A DNA stretch of 64,000 nt, from positions 171,594 to 235,593 of the forward strand of contig CAWJJC010000017.1 in NCBI GenBank assembly GCA_963843145.1, in the 5' to 3' direction. The stretch is from an uncultured delta proteobacterium (GTDB taxonomy: Bacteria > Desulfobacterota > RBG-13-43-22). Below the pieces are notes generated by a model. That model was not told the origin of the DNA and did not search any database. It was given only the letters and a program-made list of their open reading frames with translations. A program made the translations under genes and the position numbers. Shown piece after piece: positions 31,939 through 41,155 of this stretch; position 1 is the first letter of the stretch; the number at the start of each line of letters is the position of its first letter.

Positions 31939-32517
31939 TCACGACGGTCGCAAGAGCCGCTCAAAGATCATCCGGTCAAAAATCTCGTGCGGCCCGGTGC
32001 TTTTGGCCACCTTCATCTGCACCAGAGCCCCCTGCCAACTGGTGATGATAAAACCAGCCGTCTCCACCGGATCAATAGATTCAGGTATTTCCCCTCCCCG
32101 CCTGGCCTCCTCCAATTGGGCGGCCAGATTTTTTTTCATCTCCTGAAACACCCGGTTCAATTTCTTCCGGAACGCAGGGTTTCGGTCTCCCATTTCCAGG
32201 GACAGATTACCGATCGGGCAACCGCCCATGAAATCGTTTTTGCGAAAAAGTTCCGTCTGCCAACGGAAGACCGCGCGGATCCGTTCCAGGTGCGGCAGGC
32301 TTTCGTCCCGGTAGGCCTTTTCCTGCCCGGCCTTCAAAACCTCGGCAAAAGAATCGATGAGCTGCAGGCCAAAATCTTCCTTGTTTTTAAAATGGAAATA
32401 GAAAGACCCTTTGGGGACTTTGGCCGCCTCCAGAACTTCCGCCAGACCGGTATCGCAGAAGCCTTTTTCCAGAACAATCCGGGCGCCGGCCTTCAGAATT
32501 CGAGTTTTGGCGTCCAT
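31939..32517 (-). CDS. TetR/NemR-like regulator
   Basis: VPKGSFYFHFKNKE, GCPIGNL. Confidence 0.92.
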   Translation of the reverse strand: MDAKTRILKAGARIVLEKGFCDTGLAEVLEAAKVPKGSFYFHFKNKEDFGLQLIDSFAEVLKAGQEKAYRDESLPHLERIRAVFRWQTELFRKNDFMGGCPIGNLSLEMGDRNPAFRKKLNRVFQEMKKNLAAQLEEARRGGEIPESIDPVETAGFIITSWQGALVQMKVAKSTGPHEIFDRMIFERLLRPS

Positions 32518-32527
32518 AGGCAACTCC

Positions 32528-33245
32528 TTACCGGGGGAAATTCTCTTTGAGCGCATCGAGGTAGGCCGGATCCTCGGTTTCCATGACCCGCAGGATATTT
32601 TTGAAGGTTACGGCTTTCATGGTCCTCAGGATTTCCCGGGTCTTATTCTGGAACTTGGCAAAGGCCAGGGCCTCGGGGAACAGGTCTTTGACCGGACAGG
32701 CTTTGACGACGACTCGCTGGACCTCCAGTTCCAAGGCGGTGTACCGCTTGCCGGTCAATTGGGCTTCCAGGACCATCGGGGCGGGCAGGGTTTTCTTCAG
32801 GATGGCGTCCATGCCCGGCAAAATGGTAATCCCCAGGTCCACTCCCGGAAAACAGAAATACCCTCGATCGGTTCGCATGAAGCGGAAGTCAAAGGCGCAG
32901 GCCATGATGGCTCCCCCGGCAAAGGCGTGCCCGTTGATGGCGGCGATGGTGATCAGGGGAAAGGTCAACAGCCGCCGCAGAAACCGTTCCAGGCGGTCGG
33001 AGATACGAGAAGCCGCTTCCGGGTCCCGGGCCGACTCGGATTTCAGCCATTCCAGGTCCAGCCCGTTGGACCAGATCTTCTCGTGGGCGCTCTCAACCAG
33101 CAGCGCCGTGGCGCTTGGTCCGGGTTTCGATCTCATCCAATAGGCCCTCGAAGTCTTCCAGAAATTCGGGATTGAAGCGGTTTTCCCCGTTCTTCATGGT
33201 CACCACCGCTACCTGTTCCTCCAACCGGTACTCAATCAGAGACAT
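32528..33245 (-). CDS. Enoyl-CoA hydratase/isomerase (frameshift near 33140)
   Basis: WSNGLDL, INGHAFAGG; N-terminus MSLIEYRLEE in another frame. Confidence 0.88.
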
Positions 33246-33320
33246 TCCTTACCCTCTCTCTCTATCCCGGACTGCTCCTGGTTGGCGCCTCGAACCGGAC
33301 CCGGGGGTTTCTAGGGAGGC

Positions 33321-33349
33321 ATAGTAGACCAGTCTACTACTATTGTCAA
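33321..33349 (-). promoter_or_regulatory. sigma70 promoter with overlapping TetR/NemR-type operator
   Basis: TTGACA on the minus strand followed by palindrome TAGTAGAC-N2-GTCTACTA upstream of the ECH-TetR operon. Confidence 0.7.
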
Positions 33350-33394
33350 GTCCTATCGCCTTCGGGTATTCTGCCTCAACCATTGCTCCGCCGG

Positions 33395-34111
33395 CTAGCG
33401 GGCGAAGCCTCCCTTCAGCGATTGAAGATAGGCGGGATCGTCGGTTTCCATAACCCGCAGAATATTCTTAAAGGCCACGGCTTTCATAGTTTTCAGGATT
33501 TCCCGGCCTTTGTTCATGCTTTTGGCAAAGGCCAGGGCCTCGTTCAGCAGATCGCCCAGCGGACAGGCCTTGACGACGACCCGCTGGACCTCCAGTTCCG
33601 CGGCCGTGTAACGTTTGCCGGTCAACTGCGCCTCCAGGACCAGCGAGGTGGGCAGGGCTTTCTTCAGGATGGCATCCATGCCCGGCATAAAAGGGATCTG
33701 GATGTCCACCTCCGGAAAACAGAAATAACCTCGATCGTTGCGCATGAAGCGGAAGTCGAAGGCGCAGGCCATGATCGCCCCGCCGGCAAAGGCGTGTCCG
33801 TTGATGGCGGCAATGGTGATCAGGGGATAGGTCAACAGGCGCCGCAGGAACTGCATCAAAAGCGAAGGAAACCGGGTGCCCGCCTCCGGGTCCCGGCCCA
33901 CCTCAGCCAGCAGCCATTCCAGATCGATGCCGTTGGACCATATTTTTTCATGGCCACTCTTGACCAACAACACGGTGGCTTTGGTTCGGTGTTCGATCTC
34001 CTCCAGAAGGTCTTCGAAGGCCTTCAAAAAATGGGAGGTGAACCGATTTTCTCCGTTAGTCATATTTACCAAAGCCACATGGTCATCCAATTGGTATTCG
34101 AATAAGGCCAT
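33395..34111 (-). CDS. Enoyl-CoA hydratase/isomerase (tandem paralog)
   Basis: WSNGIDL, INGHAFAGG, FPEVD; similar at DNA level to 32528..33245. Confidence 0.9.
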   Translation of the reverse strand: MALFEYQLDDHVALVNMTNGENRFTSHFLKAFEDLLEEIEHRTKATVLLVKSGHEKIWSNGIDLEWLLAEVGRDPEAGTRFPSLLMQFLRRLLTYPLITIAAINGHAFAGGAIMACAFDFRFMRNDRGYFCFPEVDIQIPFMPGMDAILKKALPTSLVLEAQLTGKRYTAAELEVQRVVVKACPLGDLLNEALAFAKSMNKGREILKTMKAVAFKNILRVMETDDPAYLQSLKGGFAR

Positions 34112-34160
34112 AGCGTTTTTTCCTTTCTCGTCGGTTAATGCCTGAAGCTGTCGTCCAAAA

Positions 34161-35036
34161 TCAGCTTTCTGAAAAAGGCGACCGGTCACCCAGGGACAGA
34201 CTGGAAGCCAAGGCCCTGGCGGTCAGCGGGTTGGCCGCGAAGGGCGGCAACCCCAACTCTCCAATCACCTGACGGCATAACTCCATCAAATCTTCCTTTC
34301 CCGACTTCCTGGCCTTCAGCACCGCTTCGTGAATTTTCTGAAGGTAGGAAACGGCCTCTTCATATCTTCGCGTTATATTTTCGGCGCCCTTTACCGGGTC
34401 TTCCCAGGACGAACAGAGCGTTTCCACTTTCTCGATCTTTCTTAATTTGTTGATCGAAGAAACGCAATCCTCCAGGTTCTCATAAATTGGAAGATCCCCG
34501 GGAAGCGGCACGGCATCTCCAGAAAAAAGCACTTTTTCCTTTTCAAAAAATAGGGCGATCGATCCTTGAGAATGCCCGGGTGTATGAATAACCCGGCAAG
34601 GCACATCTTCTAAGGTCAGGGGCTGTCCATCCGCCAGCAGCCGATCGACGGTAACCGGTCCACCCACCAGGGTTGAAAATCCGGGTACCGGCCTCTCCTC
34701 CCTTTGTCGCTCCGTATCCTCAATCCAATGTTTTTCGGCTTCATGGGCCAAGACGACGCATCCGCTGCGTTCCTGTATCGCCCTGGCCCCGCCCAGGTGA
34801 TCCGGATGGGAATGGGAAAGAATCAGGGTGGAAATTTCCCTCGGGTCTCTTCCTGCTTTTTTGAGGTAATCAAAAATCAGGCTGCCCGATCCCAAAACCC
34901 CGCTGTCGATCAGGGTGATCTTTTCCCCAAAAATTAAAAAGACATAGACGAACCTGTCTAAAGTTTTATCCGCTGCAATTGGAATCTTAAAAGGAATTTT
35001 CAAGGCGTGCAGCCGTTCGCTGACTTCCATCTTCAT
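34161..35036 (-). CDS. MBL-fold metallo-hydrolase
   Basis: SHSHPDHLGG, TPGHS, SGD. Confidence 0.9.
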   Translation of the reverse strand: MKMEVSERLHALKIPFKIPIAADKTLDRFVYVFLIFGEKITLIDSGVLGSGSLIFDYLKKAGRDPREISTLILSHSHPDHLGGARAIQERSGCVVLAHEAEKHWIEDTERQREERPVPGFSTLVGGPVTVDRLLADGQPLTLEDVPCRVIHTPGHSQGSIALFFEKEKVLFSGDAVPLPGDLPIYENLEDCVSSINKLRKIEKVETLCSSWEDPVKGAENITRRYEEAVSYLQKIHEAVLKARKSGKEDLMELCRQVIGELGLPPFAANPLTARALASSLSLGDRSPFSES

Positions 35037-35059
35037 CCTCCTGAGTGTATTTCTTTATT

Positions 35060-35671
35060 TTAACCCAAAAGCCTCCAACCTTCCTTAATAAGGGAAAAGG
35101 CGAAAACCGCCAACAGGGCTCCCAGGATAAAAAGGATGCCCCGGTAAACCCTTCCGCTCAGCCATTGTCTGGACCTTCCGGTTATCCAGGCGGTCAGTAT
35201 CTTAGCGCCGACGAGGCAGGTGAAAAAGGCAGGCAAAAATGCCAGGGAGCCCGCCGGGCTTACCGACCAGCCTCGGACGATAACCGGTCCTCCTACCGTC
35301 AGCCAGAACAGATAGGGATGGGGGCTCAGGGCATTGGCGGCGACCCCTTTGGCCAATGACTGGGGAGCGACCCGGTCGGCCTCTTCCGGCAGCCGGGGAG
35401 CCCGAAAATTTCCATAGGCCAAGTAGGCTACGAATACTCCGCCGACAATGGATATCACTCCCAGGACCGGTTGGAATTCTGTCAGTCGGGTGAGGACCAG
35501 CAGCGAGATGAGAATGATCGGCAGATCGGTGATCAGGGGGGCCATCGCCACCTTGGCCCCTTCCCGGGTGCCGTGCTTCAGCGTCTGGGTAATGACCAAG
35601 GCCATGAGCGGTCCGGGCGAAAAACCCGCCGACAAACCATACACCAGACCGGCACTTATGGATGCAATCAT
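35060..35671 (-). CDS. LysE family translocator
   Basis: SPGP, hydrophobic helices, NALSPHPYLFW. Confidence 0.88.
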   Translation of the reverse strand: MIASISAGLVYGLSAGFSPGPLMALVITQTLKHGTREGAKVAMAPLITDLPIILISLLVLTRLTEFQPVLGVISIVGGVFVAYLAYGNFRAPRLPEEADRVAPQSLAKGVAANALSPHPYLFWLTVGGPVIVRGWSVSPAGSLAFLPAFFTCLVGAKILTAWITGRSRQWLSGRVYRGILFILGALLAVFAFSLIKEGWRLLG

Positions 35672-35802
35672 CTATTCAACCCACCCCTAAAGTCCCCCAA
35701 TCCGAAAAATTCGAAAAAGACTTTTCCCGCAGACCAAGGCGGAATCTTGCTTGCATTTGAACAGCTTATCAGGTAGCGGTTAACTCCAACTATCATAGGG
35801 TG

Positions 35803-35920
35803 GTCATTGCGAGGAGCGAAGCGACGAAGCAATCCCCAATAATCAGCTTGTTGCCAAGGGGGGATTGCTTCGCTACGCTCGCAATGACAAGTTATTCGAC
35901 TTTTTGGGAGGTCATCAATT
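35803..35920. repeat. GTCATTGCGAG...GCAATGAC REP-like dimer plus GACTTTTT-type MITE end
   Basis: Inverted arms; similar unit at 30369-30467. Confidence 0.75.
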
Positions 35921-35921
35921 C

Positions 35922-36932
35922 CTAATTCCTCCCGAGGCCCGGAGCCCAGAGATAATAAAATCCCGGCTGAAAGGTGGGAAACAGATCGGTCAGTGGCAGA
36001 TCGATTAGCGACGGTTTCGCCGTGCCTTCACCTTGTCCCGGAGAGGCCACGCTGTAGATATTCTCGTCCGCCGAAGCGCTGCGGCGGTAAATGACGACTT
36101 TGGCATTCCCCGCCAGTCCGGCCTGCTTTTTGGCCTCCATCAGGGCTTCGGGCAGATAGCCGATTTTATCGATCAGCTTCAAAGCCAGGGCCTCTTCGGC
36201 CAGGTAAATCCGGGCCGAGGCTACTTCCGACAACTGAGGCTGTTCAATTTTCCGATGTTGGGAGACCAGGGTTAGAAACCGTTTCCCCATTTTGTCGATC
36301 AATCCGGCAAAGATCTCCTTCTCGTCCGGACTGGTCGCCCGGAAGGGTGAGCCCATATCTTTATTCTTTCCGGTCTTGTTGACCTCGACCGTCACCCCGA
36401 TCTTATCCATGAGGGCGGTGACCGTGGGCCGCAAGAAAATGACCCCGATGGACCCGGTAATGGTGGTGGGATGGGCATAGATGACGTCGGCCGGCAGGGA
36501 AACATAATAACCGCCGGAGGCGGCTGTGTCCATCATCATGACGATGATCTTGACTTTTTTCCGTTCTTTGAAGGCCATGATTTCATGATAAAGGAGGTCA
36601 CTGGCCGTGACCGTTCCCCCCGGGGAGGCCACTTTCAAAAGGACGGCTTTTACTTCCGGGTCCTTTTCGGCCAATCGAAGCTGGGCAACCACTTCCTGGA
36701 CCAGGCTTGGCTCTTTGACGATCAGTTCCTTGCGGGGGGATTCGGAAATAAACCCCGTTATGGGAATGATCGCCACCTTCCCCTCCCCTTTTCCCTCCAG
36801 CACCCGCTCTTTCAGCGGTTTGTTCCGATCCGGCCAGAGATTGAAGTTGACGCCTCCGCAACCGGGAAGCAGTACGGCTATTAGAAAACAAAGCAACAGG
36901 CCTTTTATTCCGGGGCTGACCTTTTTCCACAT
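35922..36932 (-). CDS. sppA: Signal peptide peptidase SppA (lipoprotein)
   Basis: SPGG, AASGGYY, TGSIGV, KDMGSP. Confidence 0.92.
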   Translation of the reverse strand: MWKKVSPGIKGLLLCFLIAVLLPGCGGVNFNLWPDRNKPLKERVLEGKGEGKVAIIPITGFISESPRKELIVKEPSLVQEVVAQLRLAEKDPEVKAVLLKVASPGGTVTASDLLYHEIMAFKERKKVKIIVMMMDTAASGGYYVSLPADVIYAHPTTITGSIGVIFLRPTVTALMDKIGVTVEVNKTGKNKDMGSPFRATSPDEKEIFAGLIDKMGKRFLTLVSQHRKIEQPQLSEVASARIYLAEEALALKLIDKIGYLPEALMEAKKQAGLAGNAKVVIYRRSASADENIYSVASPGQGEGTAKPSLIDLPLTDLFPTFQPGFYYLWAPGLGRN

Positions 36933-36973
36933 AAACCCTCCCAATTTCTTATTCGGATTTTAAAATTTGATCA

Positions 36974-37786
36974 TCAGTGAATCAAGCGCCGGCGCATCAG
37001 GCGCAGGGCCAGGGGCAGCGTGACCAGCGAGAATCCGGCCAGGTAAATCAGGTTCCAGAGTTGGCCGGCCCGATAAATCCCCAGGGCCGCCGGCCGGCAT
37101 AATTCCACCACGTGGGTGAGGGGAAAAAAATAAGCCAGCACCCGGGCCCAGGAAGGGAGCTGTTCGAGGGGAAAAAAAGTTCCGGAAAAAAGAAACATGG
37201 GCGTGATAAACAGGAAAATGGGCAGGTTGAAAATCTCGATCGTTGGCACAATGGCCGTAAAGCACATACCGATGGAGCCGAAGGCCAATCCCCCCAGAAG
37301 CGCGATGGGGAGAATCTGCAGGACGGAAGGATAGGACAGGATCCCAAATCCGGTGAGGACCATCATCATGACCACCGTGGCCATGAAAGAACGGGTCGCC
37401 CCCCAGACGATTTCCCCTAAAATGACTTCCTCCAAATTCAAGGGTGTGGCCAGAATGGCGTCAAAGGTTTTCTGGTAATACATGCGCACGTAGGAAGCGT
37501 AAGTCGTCTCGAAAAAGCTGTTCTGCATGATATTCACGGCCAGAAGCCCGGGGGCGATAAAAACAGCATAGCTCACCGTTTTCCCCTCCCAGGTGATCGA
37601 ACCCACCAGATAGCCCAAACCGGCGCCAAAAGCCAGCAGGTAAAGGATAGGCTCCAGGATCGGGGGGATGAAATTAATCTTCCAGGTCCTGAGGTACACG
37701 TCCCAATTACGCTGCCAGACCCGGATAAAGCGCCAGGAAATCGTTTTCGCCATTGAAGAAAGGGAGGAGGGATTGGACGGATTCAT
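36974..37786 (-). CDS. ABC-2 exporter permease (NodJ-like)
   Basis: EPILYL, PMFLFSGTFFP. Confidence 0.9.
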   Translation of the reverse strand: MNPSNPSSLSSMAKTISWRFIRVWQRNWDVYLRTWKINFIPPILEPILYLLAFGAGLGYLVGSITWEGKTVSYAVFIAPGLLAVNIMQNSFFETTYASYVRMYYQKTFDAILATPLNLEEVILGEIVWGATRSFMATVVMMMVLTGFGILSYPSVLQILPIALLGGLAFGSIGMCFTAIVPTIEIFNLPIFLFITPMFLFSGTFFPLEQLPSWARVLAYFFPLTHVVELCRPAALGIYRAGQLWNLIYLAGFSLVTLPLALRLMRRRLIH

Positions 37787-38721
37787 TCCCGCAATCCCCG
37801 GCCGGTCAGTTTCAAAAACACATCTTCCAGGGTGGCCAGGCGCAGCGTGCAGACACCGGCGCAGAACTCCTGGGAAATCCGGCGGAAGAGCCCTTCCCCA
37901 TCCATCGTATAGACAAAGATGCGGTTGAGTTCCTGCTCATAATTGATTTGTTCCCCTTTTAAGAGGTCCAATAGACCCGGAGCCGGATCTTCCACCTCGA
38001 TGACATTGCCTCCGATATATTGACGGACCAGATCCCTGGGCGCCCCTTCCACCAGGACCCGGCCCTGATCCATGATCACCAGGCGGTCGCACATCTGGGC
38101 CGCTTCATCCATATAGTGGGTGGTCAACAGAATACATAACCCCTGGGCCTTTAATTGGCGCATCTTTTCCCAGAGTTGATGACGGGATTGGGGGTCTAAT
38201 CCGGTGGTGGGTTCATCCAGAATCAACAGGGTCGGCGCGTTGATCAGTGCCCGGGCGATCACCAGACGGCGCAGTAACCCCCCCGACAGTTCCGGAATGC
38301 GGGCCTCCCGCTTAGGGGTCAGGCCGAAAAAATCCAGGAGTTCGGCCGCCCTTTTACTGGCCTCGTCCCGGTTCAAATTGAAATAGCGGGCGAAGACCAG
38401 CAGATTTTCCCAGACCGTCAGGTCAGGATCCAGGTTGTTATCCTGCTGGCAAACCCCGATCCGGGCCTTAATCTCCCGCCAGTGGCTGTGCATATCCTGA
38501 CCGAAAACCTTGAGCTCACCCCCGCCCATGGGCGAAAAACCATAAATCAGTCGGACGGTGGTGGTCTTGCCTGCCCCGTTGGGTCCCAGGATACCAAAGC
38601 ACTCGCCCGGGTAGAGGGTAAATGAGACCTGGTCCACGGCCAGGAAGTCCCCAAATTTCCTGGTCAAATTTTTGGCTTCAACAACCGGGTTCAATAGTAT
38701 TCCTTTTTGATGTGTTCGCAA
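37783..38721 (-). CDS. ABC exporter ATP-binding subunit (NodI-like)
   Basis: GPNGAGKT, LSGG, LDEPTTGLD. Confidence 0.92.
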   Translation of the reverse strand: MRTHQKGILLNPVVEAKNLTRKFGDFLAVDQVSFTLYPGECFGILGPNGAGKTTTVRLIYGFSPMGGGELKVFGQDMHSHWREIKARIGVCQQDNNLDPDLTVWENLLVFARYFNLNRDEASKRAAELLDFFGLTPKREARIPELSGGLLRRLVIARALINAPTLLILDEPTTGLDPQSRHQLWEKMRQLKAQGLCILLTTHYMDEAAQMCDRLVIMDQGRVLVEGAPRDLVRQYIGGNVIEVEDPAPGLLDLLKGEQINYEQELNRIFVYTMDGEGLFRRISQEFCAGVCTLRLATLEDVFLKLTGRGLRE

Positions 38722-38910
38722 AAAAGTCCGTCAAAGAGTGCTTGTCATTCTGAGTCCCGCGATAACGTGGGACGAAGAATCTCGTTTTTTTAATAGGTTG
38801 CAAGATCCTCCGCGGAATTTACCCTGAGCCAAAGACCGAGACCCTTCGCTTCGCTCAGGGTGACAGGCGAGAGGCTCAGGGTGTCAGTTTGGGACTTTTG
38901 GGGAGAATAT
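38708..38910. mobile_element. MITE-like frame (GATG..TCGCAAAAAGTC / GACTTTT) carrying nested GTC/CTGAG palindromes
   Basis: Inverted ends; related frame at 40982-41140. Confidence 0.6.
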
Positions 38911-39102
38911 GACTATTATAAAATCAAAAATATTTTTACCTTACCAGTCGCCGAAAGAGCCTGTCAAGAATTGAGGTTTCAACCCCAGGGGAACTCAGCC
39001 CAAGGGTACTTCAACCAAATTATAGATTTACTTAGATTTTAATTAAATAATAACTAGTTATAAGAATAATCTTAATTAAAAAATTATCTCCAGCCTACTG
39101 GT

Positions 39103-39236
39103 TAGATTCTTATATCCATTGTTCTGAGAATTTATCTCTAACAATGGATTTAAAAATCTAAATTAAAAGACGTTATCTTTAAATCTGTTAAGTGGTTTTT
39201 ATTGCCCCCAAAATATTTCAAATATTTTTGGCTAGG
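39103..39236. repeat. ~130-bp AT-rich two-hairpin repeat, copy 2
   Basis: Similar to 23961-24092. Confidence 0.8.
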
Positions 39237-39249
39237 GTTAAGTGGAAGA

Positions 39250-39870
39250 TCAGTCGTTAAATTTTTTCCTTAGCCATTTCCAAGGGAAAAACATGGAAAC
39301 CTTCTGCTGATAATCTCGATAGACCTGCCCATAAATACGCATTAACTTTCGTTCTTCGAGCAGGGCCCCGACGATGAAATAGACCGAGAGGATCACCGAC
39401 ATAATTAGAATGGGACGGTCCATTTTTTGGGCCCAAACCAGCAACATCCCGCCGCCGTACCAGGGATGTCGAACCATCCCCAGAATGCCCGACGATTTTA
39501 AAGCTCCCTGGGCCGACAAGAGACTGGTGGCCCGGGAATCCTTAATCTGCCGTAACCCCAGGAAGAACGGCAAGTCATAGGCCCGACCGCCGGCGACCAT
39601 GGCCGCCAATCCCAGCAGGGCCATAAGGACCTGGACCAGGTAATAGGGCCAGGGCCAGAGTGCGCCTGTGATTCTGGACAGGGATTTGGTATAGACCCAC
39701 AAGGGAAGCAGGGTCAGCAGGCTGAAGAGGTTATACCCCAAACGGTAATAAGCAAAATATCTCCCCCAACGGTTCTGGATTCTTCCGGTAACCACCGGGG
39801 TAATCAGGAGGCTGTGCAAGGTGCACCATCCCACCCAGAGTATTCCTAATAAAGCCAATCGAGAATTCAT
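39250..39870 (-). CDS. NnrU / isoprenylcysteine-methyltransferase-like membrane protein
   Basis: HSLL, YRLGYN, VRHPWY, EERKL, YRDYQ. Confidence 0.82.
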   Translation of the reverse strand: MNSRLALLGILWVGWCTLHSLLITPVVTGRIQNRWGRYFAYYRLGYNLFSLLTLLPLWVYTKSLSRITGALWPWPYYLVQVLMALLGLAAMVAGGRAYDLPFFLGLRQIKDSRATSLLSAQGALKSSGILGMVRHPWYGGGMLLVWAQKMDRPILIMSVILSVYFIVGALLEERKLMRIYGQVYRDYQQKVSMFFPWKWLRKKFND

Positions 39871-39919
39871 GCTCCTAACAATAAGACATCGCACCCGATA
39901 TTAAAAGTGGGGCGCCTGT

Positions 39920-40400
39920 TTAATACGAAAATAGGGTTCAGGGCGCAAGGTGCACGGTATAAGGTATAAGGTTCCTGGTTCAGAGATAGCTATTTTCATA
40001 CCTCGGGGTGCCCGCCCCGGGCATGGGGGTTAGTATGAAAATGGACTCTATCACCGCATTTTAGGCTTTTATTCGTCATACCGGACTTGATCCGGTATCC
40101 AGGACCTCCAGAGCTTATCCTAGGCTGGATTCCGGATCGCGCTCCGCTTGTCCGGAATGACGAATCTTAGTCAATCTTATTTTCATGCTTCGCGGGTGCC
40201 CCGCAGGGCATGGGGGTTTAATACGAAAATAGATTTGATCGTGGCCTCCAAGCGTTTTTCGTCATGCCGGACCTGATCCGGCATCTAGGCATTTAAAGCT
40301 TGATTGATTCCGGATTCCGGCTTTCAGCGGAATGACAACCTACTGGCTAACAAAATTTCCCGTGCTTCGCGGACTCCCCCCCGGCCAAGGGGGTTTGACA
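39920..40400 (+). repeat. Composite repeat array (frame repeats alternating with heptamer and REP cassettes)
   Basis: Frame copies at ~39990-40042, 40178-40232 and (decayed) 40353-40398. Confidence 0.75.
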
Positions 40401-40548
40401 AGATAGGACAAAGGACGAAAACTGGAATTCCGGTTGTAGGAAAAAAGTTAAAGTTTTCAAAAATAATTCCGATACGTTTTGAGGCGCCACCTCCGGAAGT
40501 TCCTATTGAAAAGCAGGTCAGTCTACCAGGTGAATCTCAGGAAGGAAC

Positions 40549-40740
40549 ATGAAAAGAATAAGAATCCTGCATATCGATCCCGACTACCAAGGACATTTTG
40601 TCAGTATCCGAAATGGCAAATTATCTCAATTGCCCCTCCCCATGGATAAAACGCTGGCCATGGTTAAAAAGGTGAAGTTCGACCTGATCCTTTCCGAACC
40701 CCAACAACTGGCCATTATGCCTCCGAAAAAAACCCGGTAA
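40549..40740 (+). CDS. Small protein resembling the N-terminal half of a receiver domain
   Basis: SD AGGAAGGA; RILHIDPD...FDLILSE. Confidence 0.5.
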   Translation: MKRIRILHIDPDYQGHFVSIRNGKLSQLPLPMDKTLAMVKKVKFDLILSEPQQLAIMPPKKTR

Positions 40741-41155
40741 CGGCTATTGGTTCCCGAGCCTGGGATCGAGGATTCAAATGTTTTCTGTGAGCGTGAACTG
40801 TGCCCGGTTGGTGCGGAAGAGATTCCCCCCCTTACATCATTCCCTGCACCCTACACCCGACCCCCTCAACCCCTCTTTTCGGTTATTTTCGTATTAAGAC
40901 TTGCCTTCCCGTCTAATCGCTGGTAGGGATTAGATCGGTCTATTTTTCTATTTTTCGCTTTATCTTTCCCCAGGGAATTAAATGACGGACTCGCCTTAAG
41001 TCCGTCAGCAGCCCGAGCGCGATTAAGCGGCGGGTGGGAGTGAGGGTGGTACCATTTGAATTCACTTCAAATGGCGGGGGAGGGGAAGCCCTTCCCCGCC
41101 GAGCAGAAAGTCTTCTTTTGACTTTTTGCGAGGTTATCAACGGAATAGCCTTTCC

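Noticed and set aside
39920-40400. CRISPR array
   Set aside because: Only 2-3 degenerate ~55-bp repeats with 60-135-bp spacers that are themselves repeats, and no cas genes
40480-40548. Riboswitch-like fragments (TCTACCAGG, GAATCTCAGG; also CGCCGAAAGAGC near 38950)
   Set aside because: Only short motifs; the purine or glycine aptamer architecture cannot be built
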